Source of the DNA: Candidatus Moranella endobia PCIT
Lineage (GTDB): Bacteria; Pseudomonadota; Gammaproteobacteria; Enterobacterales; Enterobacteriaceae
Reading direction: 5' to 3'
Length of the DNA stretch: 32,000 nt
NCBI RefSeq assembly: GCF_000219175.1
Contig: NC_015735.1
Location: 1-32,000, forward strand
Shown: positions 17,337 through 31,158 of the stretch, piece after piece
Numbering within the stretch: the stretch's first letter is position 1
How the letters are laid out: each line of letters begins with the position of its first letter
Made by a program: the position numbers and the translations under genes
The notes under the pieces: generated by a model
What the model saw: the letters and a program-made list of their open reading frames with translations, nothing else
What the model was told of the DNA's origin: nothing
Databases searched by the model: none

Positions 17337-17552
17337 ATGCAAAAAAATATTCACCCAAAATACAGAGACATTACTGCAACTTGTTCTTGCGGTAATGTTA
17401 TAAAAACCAAATCTACCTTAAGCTATGATTTAAACCTAGACGTATGTAGTGTTTGTCATCCATTTTATACTGGTAAACAACGTTTTATTGATACCGGCGG
17501 TCGTGTTGAACGTTTTAACAAACGTTTTCACATCCCAGAAAGCAAAAAATAA
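17337..17552 (+). CDS. rpmE: 50S ribosomal protein L31
   Basis: [27 protein letters not shown]...[15 protein letters not shown]...[11 protein letters not shown]. The track starts at 17325; ATG 17337 is the likely start. Divergent from priA as in E. coli. Confidence 0.97.
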   Translation: MQKNIHPKYRDITATCSCGNVIKTKSTLSYDLNLDVCSVCHPFYTGKQRFIDTGGRVERFNKRFHIPESKK

Positions 17553-17583
17553 TTTATCTGCTAGTTAAAATAAAAACTTCAGC

Positions 17584-17598
17584 CACTGATAATCAGTG
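17584..17598 (+). terminator. Possible weak terminator after rpmE
   Basis: CACTGA-TAA-TCAGTG hairpin 3' of rpmE, followed about 12 nt later by a T-rich run. Confidence 0.35.
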
Positions 17599-17850
17599 TT
17601 TAGTTAAATTATTTTTTTTTGCAAAATACTATTTTATATATAGGATGAAATATTTTTAGGTAGGCTAGGTAGGCAACACAAAATCAAACTACCATAACTA
17701 TGAACTATGCTAGAATGAATTAGTAATAATCCATTATGATAAAAAAGTGCTAATAAAGTTTGGTGGAATAACTCTAATAATATTGAGATATAACCTAAGC
17801 CTAATTTCTTTATTAATTAATTACTTAGCTTGAAGACTAACAGAACTGAT

Positions 17851-17903
17851 AGTATTTAAGGTAGCTTAAATACTAATTTAAGCGATTATACTAAAGTATT
17901 TAA
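17851..17903. repeat. Overlapping palindrome/short-iteron cluster with three AGTATTTAA copies
   Basis: AGTATTTAAG-GTAG-CTTAAATACT (10-bp arms), GCTTAAAT-ACTA-ATTTAAGC (8-bp arms), ATACT-AA-AGTAT (5-bp arms), all within about 53 bp. Confidence 0.85.
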
Positions 17904-18135
17904 AGGCAATAATTGCTTGGTATTATAAATAATAATTTGACTAGTAATTAATTTTACGGAAATGTATATACATTGCAAACATTATAGTATTCTTATGTAT
18001 AAGCTATAATTATTTTTTTGCTACAGCTTATCAGCCTTGTTTTTCCCTCCATCAAGAAAACTATCAATATAGTTATCGAAAATACATTAACAACTAATAA
18101 TAGTTATCTAACCTAATATTGCTCTAATAAATATT

Positions 18136-19239
18136 ATGCAATTTATCGTTGAACGTGAACATTTGATTAAGTCTATACAACAGGTAAGTGGAATGTTGGT
18201 AGTTCGTCCAACCTTACCAATTTTAAGTCATGTACTATTACAGGTAACAGAAAATAGCTTATTAATCACTGGTACAGATTTATCAATTGAAATTATTGCG
18301 CGAGTTGTAATTAGTAATACTAATGATTTTGGCAAGATAACAGTACCAGCACGTAAGTTTTTTGATATTTGCCGTTGCATGCCAGAAAAAGCAGAAATAG
18401 CATTTAATATAGAGAATGAAAGAATGATCATTCGTTCTGGGCGAATACGCTATTCACTTGTCACGTTACCTGCATCTAATTTTCCTAATTTAGATTATTG
18501 TCAAAGTTATGAGGAGTTTACGTTATCACAATCGATTTTCAAAAGAGCAATTGAATCTACTCAATTCTCAATGGCCAATCAAGATATACGTCACTACCTT
18601 AATGGTATGCTGTTTGAGACAGAAGGGAGGGAATTACGTATAGTGGCTACTGATGGACACCGTCTAGCAAAATATACTATTTTGCTCAATGAAACACTAC
18701 CATACCAATCTATCATTGTACCGCGTAAAGGGGTGATAGAGTTAGTACGCATGTTAAATGAACGGATACAATTATTGAAAATAAAAATTGGTGATAACAA
18801 TCTCCGTGCGATAATAAGTAATTATATTTTTACATCTAAACTAGTTAATGGTCGTTTCCCTGATTATAACCGCGTTTTACATCATAATAATTCTGATAAA
18901 ATACTTGAGGTAGAATGTGATTTACTTAGACAGGCATTTACTAGGGCATCAATACTTTCTCATGAAAAGTTTCGCAGCGTACAGCTTAATCTAAGCCACA
19001 ACCAGTTAAAGATAACTGCCCATAATATGGAACAGGAAGAAACTGAAGAAATACTCGATGTCGATTATCAAGACCGTACTATAGTAATCAGTTTTAATGC
19101 TAGTTACATACTGGATGTGCTTAATGTTCTAAAATGCAAGGTAGTAAGGTTGCTACTGACAGATGAAACATCGAGTGTGCAGATTGAAGATAGCGCTAAC
19201 ACAGCTGCAAAATATGTAGTTATGCCAATACGGATGTAG
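18136..19239 (+). CDS. dnaN: DNA polymerase III beta sliding clamp
   Basis: 367 aa ORF MQFIVEREHLIKSIQQVSGMLVVRPTLPILSHVLLQV...; ends ...YVVMPIRM; typical DnaN. Confidence 0.98.
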   Translation: MQFIVEREHLIKSIQQVSGMLVVRPTLPILSHVLLQVTENSLLITGTDLSIEIIARVVISNTNDFGKITVPARKFFDICRCMPEKAEIAFNIENERMIIRSGRIRYSLVTLPASNFPNLDYCQSYEEFTLSQSIFKRAIESTQFSMANQDIRHYLNGMLFETEGRELRIVATDGHRLAKYTILLNETLPYQSIIVPRKGVIELVRMLNERIQLLKIKIGDNNLRAIISNYIFTSKLVNGRFPDYNRVLHHNNSDKILEVECDLLRQAFTRASILSHEKFRSVQLNLSHNQLKITAHNMEQEETEEILDVDYQDRTIVISFNASYILDVLNVLKCKVVRLLLTDETSSVQIEDSANTAAKYVVMPIRM

Positions 19240-19525
19240 TAAATGCTAATATACAGATAGAAATAAAATTTGTATTATAATATTAGTAGAAAAACAATCT
19301 ACAACACTTACATGCTATTTGTATTTAATATGCAATTTTAGTTTCAATTGTTAAAAGTTGAGGTATTTTATTCTAATACTACTCTATATTAGATAAGTAT
19401 TTAAGCCGTTTTAGGAGCTATCTGGGTCAATTGAGGAAGAATCAAAAGAATTAAATCTGTAATGTTACCAATTAGAAACTAATCTATCGTAGTTAGCACA
19501 TAACTATAAAGTTTATACTAAGTGA

Positions 19526-21949
<2,424 letters not shown>

Positions 21950-22006
21950 TTAATAAAACTGATACAATTATATTTAGATTAATTAATATTGTATTCATAA
22001 TACTCT

Positions 22007-22079
22007 GCCGATATAGCTCAAATGGTAGAGCAACGCATTCGTAATGCGAAGGTTATAGGTTCAACTCCTATTATCGGCA
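22007..22079 (+). tRNA. thrW: tRNA-Thr (anticodon CGU), CCA not encoded
   Basis: GCCGATATAGCTCAAATGGTAGAGCAACGCATTCGTAATGCGAAGGTTATAGGTTCAACTCCTATTATCGGCA, cloverleaf nearly identical to E. coli thrW; followed by TAT not CCA. Confidence 0.96.
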
Positions 22080-22834
22080 TATTTAACTTAATAGCGTATT
22101 TAAATAAGTGAAATGTTCATTACTCCGCAAATGACTATGCCCTTTTAAAGAAAATATATATATTATGGATATATATGTTTGTTAAGAAGGATTGTTAATA
22201 TCCTACATATTTTTACAACATCACCTGTATTATTAGATAATTTATAAACGGAATCTTTAAGCAAATTGCTTACGCGCGCATTGCTGTTAGTAACAATGCT
22301 TTTCTTTTACCACTAATTTTATGGCAAACAACTTAAAATTTTTATAATTAACGTTTAGTACTCAGATTTAAGCATGTATTGAAAATACAATTATAAATAA
22401 TATTAAATAATAGCAGTTATATAACGCATCCAATAAATAAATTACTAGTAGCCCCAATATCTATCTTCCTAATACTATTAATAACCTTAATAACTATTAA
22501 GTAATTGAAATTTTACCGCAAAAGTATAATTTAAAACTAATATTGCTAATAAATCTTATTTAAGTTCTTTTAACTAAAATTTTAATTTTGCTGAAGATAT
22601 CTAAATCATTTATTTATTTTATAGTTTTGCAAAAAAATAGCTAGTTAAATAAAAAACTTGAACTGACACTGTGCAATACAGCAATATTATTACTTCATAC
22701 TATCTTGTAATGTTCCTTGTAATATTACATCAGGTAATGGATCATATGAAAATTTGCGAAATATTACTGACTAGTCATAGAGAATTTAATTTTCGTAAGT
22801 ACTAGAAATTTTATTAACAACAGGAAGAAAAACT

Positions 22835-23848
22835 ATGTCAGTATTACATAATAAAATATGTAATCAGGAATTACGGGCTAGGATGCTAGCTGAAACTGAA
22901 CCCCGGATCACGGTTTCTTTTTACAAATATTTTACCATTAATGACCCACATAATTTCCGTGATGATCTTTACCAAAAATTTATAAAGTTACAGGTTTTCG
23001 GACGAATATATATCGCCGCAGAAGGTATTAATGCGCAAATCAGTGTGCCACAAAATTATTTTAGTACATTGCGCAATATTATATATACCGCACATCAACA
23101 GTTGGATAAACTACGTTTAAACGTGGCCTTAGAAGATAACAGTAAATCATTCTGGGTTCTGCGCATGAAAATAAGATCACGTATCATTAATGATGGTATT
23201 GAAGATTCATCATTTAATCCAACGCAAGTTGGAATTTATCTAAAAGCGGAAGAAGTTAACACTATGACGCATAATCCAGATGCGCTATTTGTTGATATAC
23301 GCAATCATTATGAATATGACATAGGTCATTTTGAGCATGCTATTAGAATGCCGGCTAATACGTTTCGTGAACAGCTATCACTAATAGTTGATATTCTACG
23401 ACAAGAGAAAAATAGAAAAATTATTCTTTATTGTACGGGTGGTATACGCTGCGAAAAAGCCAGCGCCTGGCTGTTGCATAAAGGCTTTAAAAAAGTGTAT
23501 CAAGTAGAAGGAGGAATTATTGAATATACTCGAAGAGCAAGGGAAAAAGGTCTGCCCTTGAAATTTATTGGTAAAAATTTTGTATTTGATGAACGTTTGG
23601 GCGAGCGTATTACAACAGATATTATTGCTAATTGCCAACAATGCCATACTTCTTGCGACAACTATACTAATTGCGGCAATCATAATTGCCATGTATTATT
23701 TATACAATGTCCAGTTTGCGCTAGTAAATTTGATGGTTGCTGTAGTCTTACATGCAAAAAAGAACTTGTTATTGCTAATACTGTTAGCAGTACTAAAACT
23801 ACTTCTGATCGGAAGCAGATCATGAGTAAAAGTAATTGCTACTTATAA
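22835..23848 (+). CDS. trhO: tRNA uridine(34) hydroxylase, rhodanese family (TrhO/YceA)
   Basis: 337 aa ORF with YceA N-terminal domain and rhodanese active site [17 protein letters not shown]; C-terminal Cys-rich segment [29 protein letters not shown]. Confidence 0.95.
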   Translation: MSVLHNKICNQELRARMLAETEPRITVSFYKYFTINDPHNFRDDLYQKFIKLQVFGRIYIAAEGINAQISVPQNYFSTLRNIIYTAHQQLDKLRLNVALEDNSKSFWVLRMKIRSRIINDGIEDSSFNPTQVGIYLKAEEVNTMTHNPDALFVDIRNHYEYDIGHFEHAIRMPANTFREQLSLIVDILRQEKNRKIILYCTGGIRCEKASAWLLHKGFKKVYQVEGGIIEYTRRAREKGLPLKFIGKNFVFDERLGERITTDIIANCQQCHTSCDNYTNCGNHNCHVLFIQCPVCASKFDGCCSLTCKKELVIANTVSSTKTTSDRKQIMSKSNCYL

Positions 23849-24170
23849 AGTAATTCTTGAACAGATAACCATACTATTGCTTACCTTGAATTTGTCAATT
23901 TAGACGCATTTGAATTCTATTTTATAGAATAGAATGTACATATAAACTATACTTATTACTATTGATTATATTAACTAATCTACACTAAGAAATTACACAA
24001 CTCTTATAATATAAGGTAAAATTATTACTTAGCAACACATAAATTTATCATGTACTGCAATATTGGTATTAATTTTGGAAGAATTTTCCTTTTTTTTTTA
24101 AAAAAAAACTTGCCATTCTTTGCAGATTATGTGATAACAAAATTTGGTAAAATGAGGTACAGTTCTGCAT

Positions 24171-24296
24171 ATGAGTGGTATTTTTAAATCAACTAGTTTT
24201 ACGTTTAGGCGATTTTGTTGCATACGACTTTTCTTCTACTTCTATGCCAATACTAATCTGAGTACCTCACATAGTATAGTAATGAATAATGAATAA
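24171..24296 (+). other. Short ORF in the position of yobF upstream of cspC (possible yobF relic)
   Basis: 41 aa ORF MSGIFKSTSFTFRRFCCIRLFFYFYANTNLSTSHSIVMNNE*. Only the first residues (MSGIF vs E. coli YobF MCGIF) and the position match. Confidence 0.3.
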
Positions 24297-24364
24297 ATTA
24301 TGACTCTATTTATTGCTAAAAAATTGCTTTAATTAGATTTGCAAACTCCAAAGGAAATAAGTAA

Positions 24365-24574
24365 ATGGCAAAGATCAAAGGTCAAGTTAAGTGGTTCAAC
24401 GAATCGAAAGGTTTTGGTTTTATCACGCCTACTGATGGAAGTAAGGATGTTTTCGTTCACTTTTCTGCTATTCAGGGTAACGGCTTCAAAACTCTAACGG
24501 AAGGTCAGAATGTTGAATTTGAGATTCAGGATGGTCAGAAAGGACCTTCAGCAGCAAATGTAACTGCCTTATAA
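24365..24574 (+). CDS. cspC: Cold-shock-like protein, CspC type
   Basis: [72 protein letters not shown]1/RNP2 motifs present; closer to E. coli CspC than CspE. Confidence 0.96.
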   Translation: MAKIKGQVKWFNESKGFGFITPTDGSKDVFVHFSAIQGNGFKTLTEGQNVEFEIQDGQKGPSAANVTAL

Positions 24575-24627
24575 GAAAAGTTACAGTAATTTAATAAATA
24601 TTTTTACTTACAGATAGCATCTAAGTC

Positions 24628-24654
24628 TCCCTGCAGGTTTCTAGCCAGCAGGGA
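24628..24654 (+). terminator. Rho-independent-like terminator hairpin after cspC
   Basis: TCCCTGC-A-GG-TTTCTAG-CC-A-GCAGGGA, a strong GC stem in AT-rich context, followed by AGATTTTAT. Confidence 0.65.
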
Positions 24655-24835
24655 AGATTTTATAAAAAATACGTTTTTTACTTTGTTAAAATCTAATGAC
24701 AATACGTACCTAATCAAATGTTCCCATAGCATTATTTCAGTAAAATTAAAATAACTATACCAAAGCAAGCGTATTACTTTTAATTCCAATATTATAGCTG
24801 TCTTAATAAAGTTGCATTAGTAGCAAACTTTATTT

Positions 24836-25438
24836 TCAACTACAGTCAAACCAAGCATTTAATTTCTTACGCAGCTTATCAATACCTTGTTTTGTAAGTG
24901 ATGAAAACATTTCAACTTGTATATTATTAACAAAAACCAACGCTGTTTCACGTACTTTAGTTAATTGTAACTTACATGCGCAAGTTGATAGTTTATCTGC
25001 TTTAGTAAGCAGTACTAAGACTGGTAGATTGAATTCCACTGCTAATTGAACTATTTGTTGATCGAGATATTTCATCGGGTAGCGAATATCCATGATCACT
25101 ACTAGTCCTTTGAGACTGGTGCGTTTTTGCAAATATTCGAGCATGGTATTTTGCAACTGAATTTTTATTTTTTCGGGCAATACTGCATAGCCATAACCGG
25201 GAAGATCCACTAATCTTATACCTGGCTCTACTTCAAATATGTTAATTAGCTTAGTATTCCCAGGTATTTTGCTAATTCTGACAAGCTTTTTCTGATTAAT
25301 AAGGGTATTTAGCGCGCTGGATTTACCGACATTAGAAAGCCCAGCAAAAGCAATTTCAATCCCACTATCAATTGGCAAAGAACGAATATTTGGTGCACTA
25401 GTTAAGAAATAGGTTCCATGATAGTTATATTGAGGCAA
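24836..25438 (-). CDS. engB: Ribosome biogenesis GTPase EngB/YsxC (YihA)
   Basis: 200 aa ORF: [16 protein letters not shown] (G1), DLPGYGYA (G3), TKADK (G4). Confidence 0.96.
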   Translation of the reverse strand: MPQYNYHGTYFLTSAPNIRSLPIDSGIEIAFAGLSNVGKSSALNTLINQKKLVRISKIPGNTKLINIFEVEPGIRLVDLPGYGYAVLPEKIKIQLQNTMLEYLQKRTSLKGLVVIMDIRYPMKYLDQQIVQLAVEFNLPVLVLLTKADKLSTCACKLQLTKVRETALVFVNNIQVEMFSSLTKQGIDKLRKKLNAWFDCS

Positions 25439-26669
25439 TATTCTTCTCTCTATTTAAATTAGTATTAGCTATTCATAAATAATATTTTTCTTAATAGTTT
25501 TAAACTTGTTCACATACTTACAATCATTTACTGCCAAAAAAACAGCAAAATGTTATGTGGGTTTGCCGTAAATATTAATTATTATAAAATATTTTATTTA
25601 AACTTAAAGCGAATCACTTTAACTTAAATTCATATTTAAATTAATTTACCTAATCTAAATTAGGTAAATACCCTTCTAAAGGTAATAGTGCATAACATAA
25701 TACTCTACCTCTAAACCAAGGTTAGTATTATCACTAAACACCATCGCATAAAAATTAAATTCAGTAAAAGTTACCCTATTTACACCATTGAACAAGCAAG
25801 CCTTATATAGTGATATCAGCGAACAATCAATAACAACGCAGCTATAGCAATTGAGCAGGCTGCTAAATTTAGCGCTAAAACAAATAAAAAGATCAAGAAA
25901 AGAAAATTATTATTTATAACATAAAATCAAGAATAAAATACAAACCGTTAAAAGAACGTCATTGCTAACAGTTAGTTAGGCATAGAAGAATAAATATTCA
26001 TTTTAAATCATATTTAGTATCAATTTTATTCTGTAATTTGAATACACATGGATTTTAAATATTAAACAATTTCAATAACTTATATTTATATAACTAATAA
26101 TCAAACTTAATAAGATATATTTATTATGATCTATAATACAAATATAACAATAATAAAGTTAGAAACAAAAAATACTATTAATTCTGTTACTTGGAATGGT
26201 TTATAGGTTTACTCATTAACAAATAATTTACTGATCAATCGTGATTAATAATGCTCGCATCCATAACTTACTTAGTAAGTATACAAAATTTTAAATTAGG
26301 GGTGGTTACATTAAAAATACTAATTTGTATTATTAATACTAGTTAAAATTTTCACAGTCAGCAAACACGATTATTAACCAAAACATATCAAGATACAACA
26401 TATCTTGAATTAGCTAAATGCATAAGTAGTAAAGTAATAAGAAAATTACTCGCTAGTAGGAGATAGCTGAGCTGGCGCTAATTAACTCATTTAACATTAG
26501 ATACATGTAAACTATATATGTATATGCTAAGCTCTGATTGTTTTTGAAAAGGTAAAAATAATAATAACCATAAGTCTTTTGACAACCATTACCCAATACA
26601 TAGGGATTTTAAATCTGTGAGGAGTTAAACTTTTATCCAAAGGAATTATTAATAGAAGAACCGTATTTT

Positions 26670-28073
26670 ATGCCTGAAAAAAGACAGTCTAATAAATCAT
26701 ATATTACTCGCGATCTTCAGCTTGAAGGTTTAAAGAGATTGCCACATTCGCTGGAAGCAGAACAGTCTGTTCTAGGTGGTTTGATGCTGGATAACGAACG
26801 CTGGGATAATATCGCTGAAATCATTACTAGTAATGATTTCTTAAACCGACCGCATCGTCTTATTTTTACCGAGATGCAACGTTTATTAGAACTGGGCAAT
26901 CCCATTGATCTAATCACACTTTCAGAATCTCTGGAACAAAAAGGAGAACTAGAAACGGTTGGTGGATTTGGCTATCTAGCAGAAATATCCAAAAATATTC
27001 CTAGTACCGCGAATATTTCAGCTTATGCCGATATTATACGCGAACGGGCCGTGTTAAGAGAAATGATCACTGTTGCTAATGAGATCGCCGATGCAAGTTA
27101 CAATCCAAAGGGACGTAGCAGCGATGATCTACTGGATATGGCAGAATCTAGAATATTCAAAATAGCTGATAACCGTGCCCGTAAAGATGAAGGCCCACAA
27201 AGCATAGAACGCATTCTTGAAGAAACAGTTGCCCGCATAGAGCAACTTTACCAGAAGCCGCATGACGGAGTTATTGGTATTTCAAGTGGCTATCTAGATC
27301 TGGATAAAAAGACGGCAGGGTTACAAAAGTCTGATTTAATCATTATCGCAGCACGACCTTCTATGGGTAAGACGACATTTGCCATGAACTTATGCGAACA
27401 TGCTGCCATGACAGCAAATAAACCGGTTCTAATCTTTAGCCTAGAGATGCCCAGTGAACAGATAATGATGCGTATGCTGGCATCATTGTCGCGTGTCGAT
27501 CAAAATCGCATTCGGACCGGCCAGCTTGCTGATGATGACTGGGCGCGCATTTCTAATGCGATGGGGATCTTACTGGAAAAAAGAAACATATACATTGATG
27601 ACTCATCAACATTAACCACAACAGAAGTACGAGCTCGTGCTCGCCGGTTATTCCGTGAACACAATGGTCTCAGCCTGATTATGATCGATTACCTTCAACT
27701 GATGCGAGTACCATCAATATACGATAACCGTAACCTAGAAATAGCAGCAATTTCAAGATCCCTTAAGGCACTAGCAAAAGAATTAAATATACCAGTTATA
27801 GCGATATCACAGTTAAACCGAAGCCTGGAACAACGTGCCGACAAGCGTCCAATCAACTCTGACTTACGAGAGTCTGGCTCAATTGAGCAGGATGCTGACC
27901 TTATTATGTTTATCTACCGCGATGAAATATATCATGACAATAGCGACATGAAGGGTATTGCTGAAATTATTATTGGCAAACAGCGGAACGGCCCTATAGG
28001 CACTGTACGACTAACATTTAACGAACATTGGTCACGATTCGATAATTGTTATACTGGTACGAAATATGATTAG
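26670..28073 (+). CDS. dnaB: Replicative DNA helicase DnaB
   Basis: 467 aa ORF with PHSLEAEQSVLGGLMLD, AARPSMGKTTFAMN (Walker A), DYLQLM and SRSLKALAKELNIPVIAISQLNRSLEQRADKRP. Confidence 0.98.
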   Translation: MPEKRQSNKSYITRDLQLEGLKRLPHSLEAEQSVLGGLMLDNERWDNIAEIITSNDFLNRPHRLIFTEMQRLLELGNPIDLITLSESLEQKGELETVGGFGYLAEISKNIPSTANISAYADIIRERAVLREMITVANEIADASYNPKGRSSDDLLDMAESRIFKIADNRARKDEGPQSIERILEETVARIEQLYQKPHDGVIGISSGYLDLDKKTAGLQKSDLIIIAARPSMGKTTFAMNLCEHAAMTANKPVLIFSLEMPSEQIMMRMLASLSRVDQNRIRTGQLADDDWARISNAMGILLEKRNIYIDDSSTLTTTEVRARARRLFREHNGLSLIMIDYLQLMRVPSIYDNRNLEIAAISRSLKALAKELNIPVIAISQLNRSLEQRADKRPINSDLRESGSIEQDADLIMFIYRDEIYHDNSDMKGIAEIIIGKQRNGPIGTVRLTFNEHWSRFDNCYTGTKYD

Positions 28074-28210
28074 GAATATATTCACTAGGATTACACCACA
28101 GAAATGGCTCCGATAATTTGCACTTTGCAATTATTCATTTTCATGAAAGTTATAAATCTTAATAAATTGAAGAGATTTATTATCTACAAATATAACGGGT
28201 AGTTAAGGTT

Positions 28211-28771
28211 TTAAAAAGGAATATCATCATCAAAGTCTATCGTTGGTTCATTTCTATGCACTGATGATGAGTTCGGTATTTGACGTCCCGCAGATACTTT
28301 TCCTCCGCTGTCGCTGTATTGCGCATTATTTTCACTCTCTGGTAATTGCTGAGATTGTTCCCAACTACCATGCTGCTGTAAATGTACATTACTAGTGTTA
28401 CCACTGGCTGCGCTGCTGTGGCGACTACCGAGCATTTGCATTGTACCACTACCGATGTTAACTACTATTTCGGTAGTATATCGATCATGACCGCTTTGGT
28501 CTTGCCATTTGCGAGTTTGTAAATACCCTTCAATATAAACTTGGGAGCCCTTACGTAAATATTCAACCGCCACCTCAGCCAGCTTGCCAAACAATACCAC
28601 ACGGTGCCATTCCGTTTTTTCTTTGGTTTCTCCGGTTTGCTTGTCACGCCAACTATCAGAGGTTGCTAGAGTGATATTAGCTACCGCACCACCATTAGGC
28701 ATATAGCGGACTTCCGGATTCTGGCCCAGATTTCCGACTAGAATCACTTTGTTAACGCCTCTGCTAACCAT
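28211..28771 (-). CDS. ssb: Single-stranded DNA-binding protein
   Basis: 186 aa [44 protein letters not shown]...; acidic C-terminal tip FDDDIPF. Confidence 0.98.
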   Translation of the reverse strand: MVSRGVNKVILVGNLGQNPEVRYMPNGGAVANITLATSDSWRDKQTGETKEKTEWHRVVLFGKLAEVAVEYLRKGSQVYIEGYLQTRKWQDQSGHDRYTTEIVVNIGSGTMQMLGSRHSSAASGNTSNVHLQQHGSWEQSQQLPESENNAQYSDSGGKVSAGRQIPNSSSVHRNEPTIDFDDDIPF

Positions 28772-29092
28772 GGGGTCTCCTAATAAGATAAATAATTATA
28801 TTTAACTGCTAAAGTTTACCATGACTTTTTTTAAAATATGGTTAAAACCTATGATTGTATCATAATAAATTGTTTTTTTAAAAATACAGTCTTGTTAATA
28901 ACATCAGTAAAAAAAACTGGAAAGCTATATCAAACGATTATATATTATATTTTATATCTTTGATCCTATCAATTGCCTTGAATTTTCTTGAAGTAGCCAG
29001 CGCTAATTGTGATAATTTTTATATTAAAAGACATTAATTTAATTAAAAACAGTTCGATAATACCATATATTTATTGTGGCGCATGATAAACT

Positions 29093-29833
29093 TTAGAGTA
29101 ATGTGCGCATCAATGTATCATTATCTGCCGCTTTAGCTACAATGATGTTTGTCCAGCCTAATTTGCAAGCAATCATCGCTAAACGTGTACTAACAACTAT
29201 TATTTTACATTTTTTCAGCCAGGTGCAACGATAGTATTCAGGTATTAACTGATAAAATTGTTGTAACATTTCTCCACTAGTTATTACTAACGTATCGATA
29301 CCTAGTGTTTGCATGCGATGACTCTGCTCTTCACCGTCATAATAAATTGGACTACGACGGTAGCATTCACAATAAGTTGTCTGCACCCCGCGCTGAAGCA
29401 ACATTTGTTCCAAAACTTCACTTCCACCGTTACCACGTAGGATCAGCGCACGTTTACCATCGATGCCCGCTAGCGTGGGTAAACTTAGCACATCCTCACT
29501 AGTTGATCCGGTCTCAGGGTAGCTAACGAGTAATCCACTAAGACCATGCAGCAACAAGCCTGTACTGGGACCAATTGCGTAATAATGCAAACTATCAGGC
29601 CAATTTATTTCATGTTGTTTCAACCAAGGGTGGGCGTAATTAATTGCATTTTGTGAGACAATAAATAACAAATCTCCAGAAGTAAGGTTAGCCAGATGTT
29701 GCGGTAGATGCGGTAGATCTTTGCCGGGGTTAAAGTGAATCAGCGGTAAATGCCAAGCGCATTTACCGCTAGTACGCAACCTATTCACCAATTGTTTACC
29801 AGCTGGCGATGGTCGGGTGACTAGGATAGTCAT
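29093..29833 (-). CDS. hemD: Uroporphyrinogen-III synthase
   Basis: 246 aa [23 protein letters not shown]..., [41 protein letters not shown]; 4-nt ATGA overlap with hemC. Confidence 0.94.
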   Translation of the reverse strand: MTILVTRPSPAGKQLVNRLRTSGKCAWHLPLIHFNPGKDLPHLPQHLANLTSGDLLFIVSQNAINYAHPWLKQHEINWPDSLHYYAIGPSTGLLLHGLSGLLVSYPETGSTSEDVLSLPTLAGIDGKRALILRGNGGSEVLEQMLLQRGVQTTYCECYRRSPIYYDGEEQSHRMQTLGIDTLVITSGEMLQQFYQLIPEYYRCTWLKKCKIIVVSTRLAMIACKLGWTNIIVAKAADNDTLMRTLL

Positions 29834-30777
29834 TGATGATGTTGTATGTTTTTTTGATAAATCTGAGATAAAATAGCGCGGGCACCACGATCTAGAATAT
29901 CGTCAGCTAGACGCAAGCCTAGTTGCTCGGCCTGTTCCAAAGGTGCCCGCCCTTCGCAGCGGATGACGTTGGTGCCGTCCGGAGAACCGACCAGAGCACG
30001 CAACCATACTTCTTCGCCGTCTAGTACAGCATAACTGCCGATAGGAACCTGGCATCCACCTTGTAAACGGGCATTCATGGCACGTTCCGCACCTACCCGT
30101 AAAGCAGTTTCCTGATGATGTAGCGGTGCTAACATTGTCAACGTACGAGTATCATCTAGCCGGCATTCGATCCCAACCGCACCCTGACCACCGGCAGGCA
30201 ATGAGTCAGAAGGATCTATAGCCTGACGAATGCGATTCTCTAACCCTAATCGTTTTAGACCAGCTACAGCCAAGACAACCGAATCAAAATCACCATGATC
30301 TAGCTTAGCTAGTCGGGTGCCAACATTTCCACGCAGATCTTGTATCTGTAAATCAGGCCGTCTTTCTCGCAATTGGCACTGCCGTCGCAAGCTTGATGTA
30401 CCAATAACAGCGCATGATGGCATAGTGTCAATACTAGCATAACGCTTACTGACAAAAGCATCACGCGAATCTTCTCGCTCACATAGAATAACAATTCCTA
30501 GACCATCTGGAAACGAGATTGTCATATCCTTCATCGAATGTACGGCAATATCAGCATGATGGTCTAGGAGTGCTCGTTCCAATTCATGGATATATAATCC
30601 TTTACCACCTACTTTGGCAAGCGATGTATCAAGGATCATATCGCCACGAGTGATCAATGGTACCATTTCAACCTGTAAATGAGGGTGATAGCGTAGTAAC
30701 TTATCGCGCACATATCCTGCCTGCCACAACGCAAGAGGACTTTTGCGAGTAGCAATTCTGAGAAGGTTATCTTGCAT
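29830..30777 (-). CDS. hemC: Porphobilinogen deaminase (hydroxymethylbilane synthase)
   Basis: [23 protein letters not shown]..., [30 protein letters not shown] cofactor-binding loop. The track starts at 30789; ATG 30777 fits homologues. Confidence 0.97.
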   Translation of the reverse strand: MQDNLLRIATRKSPLALWQAGYVRDKLLRYHPHLQVEMVPLITRGDMILDTSLAKVGGKGLYIHELERALLDHHADIAVHSMKDMTISFPDGLGIVILCEREDSRDAFVSKRYASIDTMPSCAVIGTSSLRRQCQLRERRPDLQIQDLRGNVGTRLAKLDHGDFDSVVLAVAGLKRLGLENRIRQAIDPSDSLPAGGQGAVGIECRLDDTRTLTMLAPLHHQETALRVGAERAMNARLQGGCQVPIGSYAVLDGEEVWLRALVGSPDGTNVIRCEGRAPLEQAEQLGLRLADDILDRGARAILSQIYQKNIQHHQ

Positions 30778-31158
30778 AAAAATTACCAATGTTAATATTT
30801 AACTTTAATATATAATTATATTACTAACACCAATTTTAAATACAGTCAGTTTACGGCAGCAGCTAAGTAAGGCCAAAAGAGAAAACAATAGAAATAACAA
30901 TAAACTATCTACAGTATGTGTAATATTAATAATTATATGGCTATTTAAGATATTTATTCACCAAATAGTATTTTATATTTTTACAAAAGTTATTATACAT
31001 TAAGCGTGCTATAGCAAGCTGGCTAGATACATCTGCGTTCGTTATATACAGCAAATCAGCAGTGTTAATTGTAAAAAGCAATGGGAGTAGTTTGTTATAT
31101 TATAACTTAGATGATAGTAAAGTGAAAATTGATAAACAATGAATGGTTAAGAGGTAAA

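Noticed and set aside
17553-18135. A dnaA 3' remnant or classical oriC in the rpmE-dnaN gap
   Set aside because: No DnaA-like peptide fragment in any frame by eye and no TTATNCACA box; only the palindrome cluster is reported, without calling it an origin.
23396-23825. ORFs 23396..23692 (-) and 23568..23825 (+) within trhO
   Set aside because: Antisense and +1-frame artefacts; trhO itself has an uninterrupted frame with the rhodanese active site.
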